A stretch of 64,000 bases of DNA from assembly GCF_963921235.1 (NCBI RefSeq), contig NC_086097.1, positions 84,198,001 to 84,262,000 on the forward strand. The letters run 5' to 3'. Source of the stretch: Mobula hypostoma (taxonomy: Eukaryota). Below are positions 25,166-36,496 of the stretch, piece after piece (positions within the stretch are counted from its first letter, which is position 1; each line of letters begins with the position of its first letter). The notes under the pieces are model-generated. The model was not told where the DNA came from. It worked only from the letters and a program-made list of their open reading frames with translations, and did not search any database. The translations under genes and the position numbers were made by a program.

Positions 25166-26160
25166 AGTGCTCTGCGCTTACTACCAGTATCGTGCACACA
25201 GCCGATTGAAATACCACAAACCTCACCCCCCACTGTTCGTGTTTGTAATTTTGTTTTCTCTTTGAATTTTCCCATAGAATGCAAAATGAAAAAAAGAAGC
25301 AGTTGACCGTCTGCTATGACTCAGTTGGTCACTCTGTGGTACTGAGCCCAAATGGAACAGAAAGATTCCATTCTGTTGTTAGGGACGTCGGCCTGTGCAA
25401 TAAGACGCAGGGTAGTGAAGTAACTTGGCTGTTGGAGCCAAGGACTCGACTGCTGCTGTTATTGGGGAAAATATTCAACACCTTTTGGAATGAGAGGGAG
25501 GGAATAAATGTCAAAAAGACTAAAAATACTAACAAACAGGAGGGAAGAAAAGATTGAGGTGTTTAGTCTTCTCTCTCTCCTTCTTATTCCTCACATACAT
25601 CAGTGGTTATATCATATCAAAGGGACTGTTATGTGTGCAAATTGATTGTTACATTTTCAATGAAGCTTGGGAGCAAGTTGGGGCCATTAATTACAAAAGA
25701 AGCCATAAGCATTTATTAGAAATATATGTGAAACAGATTTCACAGGGTGAGAAGTGGGAAATTGGCATCAGGCATTAAAAGATTGAGTAAGAACCTTTGA
25801 ATACATTATAGTGACTACTGAAAATCAAAACTGCATGTTGATTTGGCCATGAGGAAAAAATACTTCAGATATTTAACCCTTAATTTGCCATAGTTAACAA
25901 TACGTAGTTGAGTTTTTTGAAGGTTGCGTTTATGATTTTGATACTTAATGCAGTTTGAATTAAGATCCTTGAGCCACTAACTAGACTGGTGTCACTTTGA
26001 AAGCTGCTGCTCATTACATCTTTCCTTTTAATTTATTAATTTTGTTTGAGGGAATCTAAGTGTCACTGGTAGGCTGAACATTTATTGTCCAATGTTAGCA
26101 ACACACACACAAGGCGCTGGTGAACGCAGCAGGCCTGGCAACATCTATAGGAAGAGGTAC

Positions 26161-26196
26161 AGTCGACGTTTCAGGCTGAGACCCTTCATCAGGACT
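26161..26196 (-). ncRNA. Minimal hammerhead ribozyme motif (PLE-type)
   Basis: The reverse complement is AGUC-CUGAUGA-A-GGGU-CUCA-GCCU-GAAA-CG-UC-GACU: stem I, conserved core, stem II, and palindromic ACGU in place of stem III. Confidence 0.7.
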
Positions 26197-26590
26197 AACT
26201 GAAAGTAGAGATTGTAAGAGATTTGAAAGTGGGAGGGGGAGGGGGAGGGGGAGATCCAAAATGATAGGAGAAGACAGGAGGGGGAGGGATAGAGCCAAGA
26301 GCTGGAAAAAGGGATACGAGGCTGGAGAAGGGAGAGGATCATGGGACGAGAGGCCTATGCAGAAAGAAAGTGGGGGGGGGGACCCAGAGGATGGGCAAGG
26401 AGTTATAGTGAGAGGGACAGAGGGAGAGAAAAGAGAGAAAAAAAGGGAAAAGAAAAATAAATTAAAAAATAAGGGATGGGGTATGAAGGGGAGGTGGGGC
26501 ATTAACGGAAATTAGAGAAGTCAATGTTAGCATTAACGGAAGCCTCTTTCCCTCCTACTTTCAAATCTCTTACTATCTCTTCTTTCAGTT

Positions 26591-26626
26591 AGTCCTGACG
26601 AAGGGTCTCGGCCCGAAACGTCGACT
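26591..26626 (+). ncRNA. Minimal hammerhead ribozyme motif (PLE-type)
   Basis: AGUC-CUGACGA-A-GGGU-CUCG-GCCC-GAAA-CG-UC-GACU, with predicted cleavage after C26622. Confidence 0.75.
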
Positions 26627-28450
26627 GTACCTCTTCCTATAGATGCTGTCTGGCCTGCTGCGTTCACCACCATTTTTTGTGTGTGTTGCTTGAATTTCCA
26701 GCATCTGCAGATTTCCTCATGTCTGAAGTTGTCCAATGTTAACTGCCTTTGAGAAAGTGGTGTTCTTTTTCTGGTGAAGGATGGGGACGTTCCAGGATTT
26801 AGACTCAGAAAAAAGAACGATAGCAACTTATTTGCAAATCAGGATAATGTAATGAGTATTTCTGTAACTGAAACAGACTTACTTTAAAATTCAGGAAAAT
26901 TGTCAAATATTATTAATCTGGAACAGGTATCTATATTGTGATGGAGGTTACTGTTGGTGAATTCCTAATTATCTTCAAGAAATGGCTTTGCTTCTAGATT
27001 TGACTATTTGAGGTCAATGCCCATTCTGGGTCCTGGGTGCATTTTGGACTCATATTCAAATATGCAGGGGCTCCTTGGGTGATGAAAGACTTGCCTTATT
27101 GAAATCTCTCTCAAACATTTTAAAACATTATTCTTGGTTAGTAATAATAATAATGCTCATTGTATTTATTGAATATTGGATATTCAATTAGTTTAATTAT
27201 GGTGATTATTCAACTAAATTAAAGAATTACAGCAAGTGTACGTAGAGCGATATGATATGGGCTACTCTAGAGAAAGGATGCTTCTGACTTACAGGGAAAT
27301 TGGCTTATGGACAGGTCTCAGGAACAAATCCATTTAATAATCCATGATTGGCCTGTAGTAAATTGTCCTCAATCTGAGATACTGCTTAAGAAGAATCAAT
27401 ACTTTAGAAGTACAGGGGAAATATTGAGTGGTAGTTCAATACTGGGGTATAATGCCTTACATTGGTGCAACAGCCATTCATTTTATAGCTGGCATGTTAG
27501 CAGAGGAGAAGCACTTCACTTAATCATTTCTCTTTACAAAATATTTACCAGAATATGATGACGAATAATGCTCAAAGTCAACAGCTTGTTTCCAGAATTC
27601 AAAGGGACTCTTCCCTTGTGATTGGGAAATACTCTAAACAATAAACAGAAGAAAAACCAAAATATAGTGAATGCTTAAAACCTGATGGAAGCTCATTAAA
27701 CCTAATGATTCCCTTTCTCTCTCCATTCTATGTAATGGTAGGCAGTAAAAATGTAATCGTGTAATCATGTATCAACGGTCTGCCTGAATGGCATGCAAAA
27801 CAAAGATTTTCACTCTATCTCCATACATGTGACACCATTATTACACATGGATTGTAAAGCATTTCCAGTGCGATCTACCAATAAGAAAACTGGATCAAAA
27901 GCAAAATATCACAGTTGCTGGTAATCTGAAATGATAGGTAGAAGTTTCTGTAAATGCTGGACAGATCAGGCAGCATCTCTGGAGAGAGGAGAAAGATAAA
28001 GTTTCAAGCCGATGTATTAGAGCAATAAACTGGAGCTCATTTCATAACAAAAATAAGTAGGAGGAAAGAAAAGATTGGCACTTGCGCTGTACTTGTGGAT
28101 GAGCTGTAGCGGTGGGACGTTTCGGGACAGTGTCACGGGTCACGGGGAAGGGCACTTGAGCGGTCTCAGGATTATGTCCCCCCCCCCTTGTGAATGTGGA
28201 TAGATGAAGTAAAAGTCAAATTTACTGTCATATTCATAAGTATATGCCTGTTCAGGTGCAAGCAGAAAAATTACTTGCAGCAGCATCACGGGCACACAGA
28301 CCTTCACAAGAAAAACATAAGCATCAGTTACATAAGAAAGAACACAAATACAACAAAAAAAAACTAATTTTGAAGTTTGCAAAGTAATCCTGGTGTTGCT
28401 ATACAGAGGTAGAGATGAGGGTTGTGCAGGTTAGTTCCAGCTGCTCGGAC

Positions 28451-28453
<3 letters not shown>

Positions 28454-28500
<47 letters not shown>

Positions 28501-28510
28501 GGAGAGGGAG
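28454..28510. repeat. Compound (GT)n(GA)n microsatellite
   Basis: Read directly from the sequence. Confidence 0.95.
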
Positions 28511-28519
28511 AGTTAGGGG

Positions 28520-31500
28520 GTGGGGGGACGCAGCGGGAACCATTCGCTCAGCGCTCTGCACCTCAGCACTCAGCTCTCAGCCCTCTCCTCTCCTCTCCTC
28601 TCCCCTCCCCTTGCACCACACACTCGCTTAATAAAACGCCGGACGCTCAATTAAGCCGGCACAAGAGCTCCCGATGGGGTCGAGCCGCGGGCCCCTCTGT
28701 ACAATGAGGATGACCCTCAATGGCCCGAATAGTAAAGAATTAATTTCCTATGACACAGTGTAAACAGTGGAGAAGAATAGCGGGTGCAGGTGTGCCGCAT
28801 TGAAGGGAACCGGCTTGTCCCGCGAGGGAGGAACTTTCACACGAGTTTCACTTCTTACCGATGAGCTGTTCCTCAGATCGATTTATGTCAACACCGAGCG
28901 CTGGTGTCAGATCTTGGCAAACATTCACACTCGCCGCCAAACAGAAAGAAACGCTCTCTTTCATTCCCTCATAAAAATGGGCAAAGCTAAGACATAAAGC
29001 CGCTACCCACCTCACACTTATCATCAGCGGTCCAGCGCACAGGGTTCAACTGGTCAATGAAGGGGCAATGCCTGGACCTGTTTCACTGGGGAGGGATTGT
29101 TGGCTCTTGCCACCAGCCTCTAGTGAAAAGACTTTTCTTAACCTGTTACTCGCAATTTACAAAAAAAAATCCCCCCATAAATTCCTAAGCATCCATTTGA
29201 TGCCTGCTCTCCCTCAAATTAATCTCCGTGCAAGTCATAATAAAGGTGATCTTAACTAAAAGTAAAAAAAAAGTCTGTAGAGGGTATACAAAATACAACG
29301 TTGGATCGTGGAATAGAAATTATGGAAATCGTGCTGTTTTGACCATGTTTTATATAAACAGACTATGCTAAAAGCAGCGTGAGCGGCGCTTCTGATTTAT
29401 ACAGAGACGGCAGATATTCTGCAACAGGAAAGAAGCCAGTAGCAGTTCTTTAGTCCAAACTGGCTGTGACATTGAAATCCTCTGATAGCAATTGCTAGGT
29501 ATTCGCGCATTCGGCGGGATACCTCGTAAAACACTTCCGAAATAAAACACTTTCGCTGATGCTGAGAGTTATACTTTAATTGTTTGGCAGATTCAGGCAA
29601 TTTTTAACCAGTGGGATGTATTTATTAAATGAATAAGTACTGATTAAATAAATAAATGGACACCCTTGCAGACCAGTATTAACGCATTTCAGGAATGAGG
29701 AAATTGATCAGATTACCCAGAGTTTGATATTTTCAGGAACAGTAACTCATTCCAAATACCCCACACCCCACCGCATTAATGAAATGAAATATAGCGCGCT
29801 CCCCTTTCCTGAGATCCTATACGGAGGGCTGCGTATACTAAAGGTGTAAAAAAATTGTCCTTAAACGTTACCATGACAACCCAAATAACTTAAAACAAAT
29901 TGTAACACCTTAAATTGAAAGCAGATGCTCATGCGTTGTAAGAATCGCCTAAGCATAGCATTATTATTTAGTTAAAAATTGCAGTTGAATATGAAGCAAG
30001 GAGGCAAAAAACTGCCCAGTGGAGCGCCGAACCTGCGGCATATCTGGACGAGCGATCGCCTTGCCTCCAATTGCAACAATGTTTGTACACCTGCATCAAC
30101 AACCGCGACTGGTCCTCTGGGACAAATAAACATCTACTCCTTGGGGGTGCGGTTAATTCGTACCCACTTGAAGGACGGCTATTATGCTGAAGTCCTTTCT
30201 GTGAAATGTCCGGTGGACCAATATGTGCGTTTAAAAAAAATGCTTTTGACAGCTGGAAAGTAAACATTTCAAGTTAACATTGTGGGTTTTTTTTGCATTG
30301 CGACAGCGGCTCTGGTACAAAGTTTCCCTGCGCCTCTGGGGAAAGGTGGAAAACGCTAAGGAAGCGGGGTGGGGGGGGGGGGAGAAAAGAACAGCAGCTA
30401 CCAATTTGTTGGAGGTCATAACCTTAAAACAGGACAGTTGTGCTGAGATGGAAAAAGCGGCGTAAGGCGGGAAGTAGCAAAAGGTGTCAGTAATATTCAA
30501 CCTTCTGCTCACTGTATGAACTAGTTATGGTTTAATAGCATGTTGCATCTGGGTGTATTCGGCACCTCTTGGCAATAGCGGATAATGATGGAGTTCTCCG
30601 TTTTGAAAGTTGCTCCAGATTCTGTCAGTAGCTATATCATTTTGCAATATTTTTTAGGTCAATGTTGACGATCTGAGAGCTTCTTTTATGTTTGGGGTTT
30701 GGGGATGGGTGTTTGTGTTTAGCATTTGTACGGCAAAGATTTTTTTCCCCAGAAAAAAAATATATATATACGCACACACACGGCTCTGGGTTTAAAAGCA
30801 TCCACGCCACTTAGTTGCGGCGTGGCAGCAGGGGAGCGACTTGATCTGAGACAAATCATACAATGCATTCAAACGTAGAAATGCACCATTTAACATCGCT
30901 CAACGTTTTGTGATCATCGTGAGGGAATCTGCCAGCCGACCCTGTTCGCCGTGTTTCCAAAACCGATGCAGCTTTATCGTTGTTATTTTCCTCGTTTCAT
31001 ATTACGAATCCTTACTAATTTTCCGCTGTAATTAATGTGATCCAATCCTCTGTCTGTCTAGCTGCCCTTTCCATTTCACAACATTCCCTGACCCATTCCC
31101 ATATGCAGAGATAAATTGAACTTTACCAGTTAGTTCATTAAATGCCACCCCCTCCTTTGGTAGTAAAAACTTTACTCCTTGGAGAAACACATGTAGGAAT
31201 CATTAATCTCCAGCCTAATTGTACTCTGAAACACACGAGTTTTCTCTGCGCCCACTTTCTCCCTTGTATAAACCACAGGCAGTTTACAAATATTCGGTCA
31301 AAATGTTTTCTATCGGATGTTTTTAAAGATTACATTTTTTTAAAAGGCCGTCTACGAAGTTAGACTGTAACACCAGGGGCTTCAAAAGCACCTTTTGGTC
31401 ACAGTTTGAAGCCAGCTTCACCACCCCTCCTCCTCCATCACACCTGCAACGCGAGATCAACTTCTGCTTACCAGACACAAAGACAGCTAGTGCGTCAACA

Positions 31501-33700
31501 TCTGTGCGGAAAGAAAACGAGGGCAAGGCGTACCTTAGGTCGCCCTCCTGGTCGTACCATCTACTGGGCAATATGCGATTATTACCGAAACTTCCATAAA
31601 TTGTTCCACAAGTGAGAAACGAAAAGCGCAGGAGACGAGGAAAGGGATGCAAGGGAAATTCGTTGTTCCCAGTGAATTTTTGTGAAAAGTTGAAATATAA
31701 AGTACATACGCACGCCAGAAAAATAAACTTTCGACCGAAATCAGAATTATCAATGCAAACACTCTTCACGCTTTTCAAAACATTTTAAAATGTCAAAGTT
31801 GAACTGCAATTTCATAAATTGCAACGGGACACATTTTATAGAGACTGAAACAGTAACGCGACTAATATTGCATTCCAAGCATTTGAAAGATGGATCATTT
31901 GTTACTTTTCTCGCAATTGGAAATAACTTATTCAGACAATTATAAGGAAGTCCCGCCCACCAACACGTTGATTGGCTTACTTTAATTCCATTGTTGGAAA
32001 CCGGAGCACCCACTACATGTATGATTGGTGGGCTGTGCTGCCAGTCACTGCCATGTGTCATTCCGCCTGGGATGAAGGTGCCTATAACGGGAACCGCATG
32101 GAAGTTAGTGCGCTTTATTACTACGAGCGGGCGCGTTTAAGAGATTTCACCGCAGGGGGTGGGGGAAAGAAAAGACCAGATGAGTGGTTGTTTAACACAT
32201 TTTTGGCGTACTTAAAAAACCGAGAAAGCTAGTCTCAAACACTGGCAGCGTTTGTAAATCCTCAACGAAGGATTCCGAGCCTGGGAATCTGATTGACATT
32301 GCACAAAAAGGCTTGTGCGAACTTTAAACAAAATGTTCAGAAAGTTTTCTATTATCGTCCCCTCACACTTTATGCTGTTGTTCGTGGCTCTACCACTCTC
32401 CTGCTCCCAGAGATCGGGTGGACCAAAGGTAAGTGCATTTAGACTGACAAGTTTTTCATCATTTTGTTTAAAACCGCTCTTGTTTTCCTTTCCCCGTCTC
32501 TTCCCATTTAATCTGCGCAGCCTGCCTCTCTTTTACTCATTATGTACCTAACACTTCAAATGTCAGTTCGCTATCTGACGACACCTGTCGACCTTCCACG
32601 GACACAGGTAAATAGCATCGGACAATAAGTTATAGACATACGGAATATGCTTGGAGCGGGCAGGGGTCAGTCGGATGCAGCACAGAAGTCACGGGCATGT
32701 AGATTATGCTTGTGTTATGATTAGAGAAGGAATGGGAACTTCCTAAAGAAACGCCGAAAAGACGTGTGCCGGGATTTAAGACAGATTGTGACTAGGACAG
32801 AATTTGAAAGCTTTGCTGGAAGATGCAAGAGCTTGTGTTATCTCCGTTAATCAGGTTTCGGGTAGAGCTGGGCTGTGGGGGGTGATGGGGGTCCGAACAC
32901 TACCCCACCCCCATGCCTCCCATTCTCTTCAGACTTTCTATTCGTCCCGTTCGCTTCTGCTCCGAAGTGCTCCGAGAGGAAGGGTAAGGAAGATGAATTT
33001 GACCAAACTGGTAGCGGGTTTCAGACAGCGGCAGTAATTTTCAGCATCGCATTCTGCAAGTCCATAAATCAGCTCGACACGTGAAGATAAGTTAAAGTCT
33101 TAAACAAACATACATCCTGCGCCCTTGTACTTCTCGGAAAGGCCACTTTTCCAACATTTTCCTGTGGGAATTAATTTATTCATTACTTCTTTTGGAGTAT
33201 TTCATAAGCGCATAGTATTACAGAAGGATGCAATTTACCAGACCGCAATTTCAAATGACATCAAAGTTAACAAATAGCTGGGCGTGCGCAACAGAAAAAC
33301 TGTGTAAGCTGCGTTTCTTTCACTATTGATGGAAAGTCAACTTCTTTTAACCCCACGGCTCTCCCAACAATACCAAGGATGAAAGATGTTGGTTTAAATA
33401 ATGGATAGATGTTCCGCATTCTTTATTTGGTGACCCACAGCTGCTTTTGGATAAGAGTTTCTATAAGCGAAGAGGTTAGAGCATCTTAAACGGGGCTCTG
33501 TGGAGATGCGGTCATCTCATGTTTATTTTAAAATGCACACAGGCATGGCAAAAGAAATGATGTAGCTCTGCTGGAAAGCAAATTCAGCAGTTAAACTTCA
33601 TTTTGGGTGCAACGAGGGTAAGGACGGAATACCCATTTAAAGAGCACACACCTAAGAGTAATTTTTGCGAAATCGTTTAATAACCTCACTGGTACAGCGG
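28520..33700. promoter_or_regulatory. CpG-rich, transposon-poor regulatory block (CpG-island-like)
   Basis: CpG density is visibly higher than in the flanks, and I recognise no transposon for about 5 kb. The observed/expected ratio was not computed. Confidence 0.7.
31935..32095. promoter_or_regulatory. Core promoter cluster: two CCAAT boxes, a GC box and TATA-like motifs
   Basis: Minus-strand order is CCAATCA (ATTGG at 32024-28), CCAATCA (31971-75), GGGCGGGA (31951-58), TATAAT (about 31939-44). A plus-strand TATAA lies at 32083-87. Confidence 0.6.
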
Positions 33701-34459
33701 TATAAAAATGCAGAACACCATCAATCCAGTGTTTTGTTCTCACTGATGTCTTTTGCTTGAAATGATAGATATAGTTAATTCCAGCTACCGGTACCTAAAA
33801 TGTAAATCCCAGAGGGGGATATGAACGTGTGAAGGACATAAAGGGACAGATTAGGGTGTTTCTTTCTTGCGTTATACTAATGCACAAAGTGCAAATTAAA
33901 TGAATTGACTCCAGTAAAGCACGTTGGCCATTTCTGATGAGTGCTTGATGATTTTTGGGACGCTAGAGAGCAAATGTACGGTTTATAAGGACCGCGGGAC
34001 ACACAGAGAACAGTATTGGGGAGGTGGGGGGGGGGTGGAAGCACTAGCAGTGGGGGCGGGGATTCAGCATGAAGTTACTTCATTGATGAGACAGGTCATA
34101 ATTAGACGCAGTTATAAGTTGAATCAAGAAATTGCAAAGGATTTAAGATTGTGTAGTGGCTCTTGGTAACAGCAGCTCAATGTGTACTTGCAATAATTGG
34201 GCAAAATCTAACAAAGTTTTAGGGATTTTAACTTTTATTTGGGATAAACTCAAGTTGGAATAGTAGAGAATTTCTTCTGCCCCATGGTAGGTTTTCTGCA
34301 TCACAACATCCCAGAACCAGTGAAGGAGGTCAAGACTTATTAAATTTAGCAATGAATCTGGAGTGAGAGCTCTTGGATTAGTGTGATTTTCCTGTTAGGA
34401 GGTTACACAGAGATGAAGTTCAATTGCAAAGAGAAAAGCAAAATGATTAAGAACCCACA

Positions 34460-34710
34460 TTGAGCTGGGGGCGTTCCAGAATCCGGAGCTCAATTCCAGC
34501 GGTGTTCTGTGAGGAACCCCATGGAACCAGTGGGGCTTCCCCAGGTCCCCCCCTTTCCTCCCACAAGGCAAAGACGTACGGGATGGGTTAACGGGTCATT
34601 ATAAGCTGTCCCGTGATCAGGTTAGGGTTAATTGAGGTTGTGGGGTTGCCGGGATGAAGGGTCGGAAGGGCCCAGTCTGCAACGTATCACTAAATAAAAT
34701 AAAATTAAAC
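34460..34710 (+). mobile_element. tRNA-type SINE
   Basis: GAGCTCAATTCC B-box-like motif, TTTCCTCCCACA...AAAGACGTACG body, GAAGGGCC...GTATC 3' end and a (TAAAA)n tail. Confidence 0.7.
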
Positions 34711-34959
34711 AACAGAAGATTGGTAGGAGATGTTGGAGAAAGAATTTAATGCAATCCAACACTCATTTATACAGCTAAAGGGGAAAGGGCTCCTTTTGCC
34801 ATTCCATCTCCCTTTTAGATGGCGAAAGAGGTCAGGGATAAATAAGATAACAAGAAAAGCACACAGCCAGGCAAGAATGCTGGGAATTGGGACATGTAAT
34901 GAACATATGCGGTTACAGAAGTCTCAGGATTATGAAAAGAGTATATCAGACAAATCATA

Positions 34960-35430
34960 AAAGATGTTGAATTAGTACAAATTGCATCAGTACGTGCATG
35001 GGTGAGGGGGGGAGACACCCCAAGGGAAGTAATACTGGGTACTTGCCAAGATGAACTCAAACAAAGTAACAACAATGAAGAAAATACTGGCACCATATTG
35101 CCATTAATTCCAAAACCAGATGCATTCCAATCCAGGGTTTTTAAGTGAATTAGGTGAGAACATTGCAGGTGGCCTAATTAAAATCTTTAAGAACTCTTAA
35201 CTCAGGTGCTGTTGCTTCAGACTGGGAAAGTGCACATGTCGTTGTTCTGTTTCAGAAAAATGGAGGAGAGAAACTAGTAAATTATAGATTAAATAATAAA
35301 ATGTTTGTTATCAACTAATTACCAGAATTTATAATGCAAATAGAGTGACAGATTACTTGTTTTAACATTTAACAGAACAGAACTAACATGGATGCATAAC
35401 ATGTAGACAACAGCGGACTAATCTGACTGA
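34960..35430 (+). mobile_element. Old CR1 ORF2 remnant
   Basis: Translation ELGENIAGGLIKIFKNS..SGAVASDWESAHVVVLFQK..EKLVNYR matches the CR1 RT N-terminal region. Confidence 0.65.
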
Positions 35431-35564
35431 AACTGGAATGAGTTTTTTATTGTCACAGGTACCATGATGGTGAAAAGCCTTGCTTGCCTACTGCCCATAC
35501 AGATCAGGTCATTTCACCGTGCATTGTGGTAGAATAGTAACAACGCAGAATGAAGTGTAACATT

Positions 35565-36323
35565 TGCAACACTTTCACCGGGCTCGCATACAAATTTAGC
35601 TCGTTGGCTAACCCTGCCAACAATCCCGTGACTCAGTGGTGACAAGGCCACGTCAATATACATCTTGGCTCGGTATGATTTGGGGTTCAACCAAACAGGA
35701 ACTGTGGGAATTCCGATGTAAGGAACTTCTATTTGAGTGAATGCTGTGTAAATACTGCCCATACCCAATTATCAGTCGGCAAGCAATAACAGATTGTGTA
35801 CTGTATAAAATTGTAAAGAAAGCATATTTATCAATTCCAGCTTTAACAAACAGGTAACAGGAAAAAGAAAATAAATGGGCCCATTACAAGGTTGGAGCTC
35901 ATGTCATATTTGTAATAGTAGGGTGTTCAGCTTTACTCACGGTACTGAATTCTCATCACCAATCACAGGTAGAACTTCCCTTCATGGAGTCCTTCATTTA
36001 ATGAAGCACTGCTTGCCTTAGGTCTCGCCTTTGGATCAAATCCTCCAGGTTTCCTGATTCCTCTCCTCTCCGCGTCTCCCGCGAAAAGACCACGAACCCG
36101 ACCACTGTCCGTTACAAATCTCTCTCCACTCAGTTCTCTCTAGAGCCTTCTCCCAACCCACCATCCTGATTGGCTGACACGACATTCCTAAGTTGAACAA
36201 CGTAGCTCCTTATCTTTAGCCAAAACTAAAACATTCCACCAGCAGGACACACTGCTTTTACAGAAAACTGCTAAAATGAAATACCTACAGCATAGCAGTA
36301 GAAATATTAACCTGGGCATTACA
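35565..36323 (-). mobile_element. Probable solo LTR
   Basis: The minus strand runs TGTAATGCC...GTGTTGCA (TG...CA termini) with an internal CCAAT box near 36170. The 4-bp flanks CATT/TGTT can both derive from a CGTT TSD by CpG decay. Confidence 0.55.
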
Positions 36324-36496
36324 TGTTTAATTTTAGAGGAGGCACTAAAAGTGGCAGACAGTGGAAAAATCGATATTCATATACACTGCAGAAGGCATTG
36401 AATCGTGTCTTATGAGAGATCATTATCTGGAGTTGAAGCTCATGGCACTGAGGGCAAATTAATGGTCTGGTGAGGAAGTCACCTAAGTAGCAGGTA

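Larger units (their letters stand above)
26098..26728. mobile_element. Young Penelope-like insertion made of two inverted termini, with a 13-bp TSD
   Basis: Arms at about 26098-26237 and 26550-26689 are near-perfect reverse complements. TTGTCCAATGTTA occurs at 26085-26097 and 26729-26741. Confidence 0.85.

Noticed and set aside
29968..30512. Short ORFs in the CpG-rich block as coding exons
   Set aside because: No recognisable domain in any frame and no convincing paired splice sites.
33930..33970. Additional hammerhead at CTGATGA (also near 3298, 16148, 22602 and 62487)
   Set aside because: No stem II/GAAA/UH arrangement follows the core.
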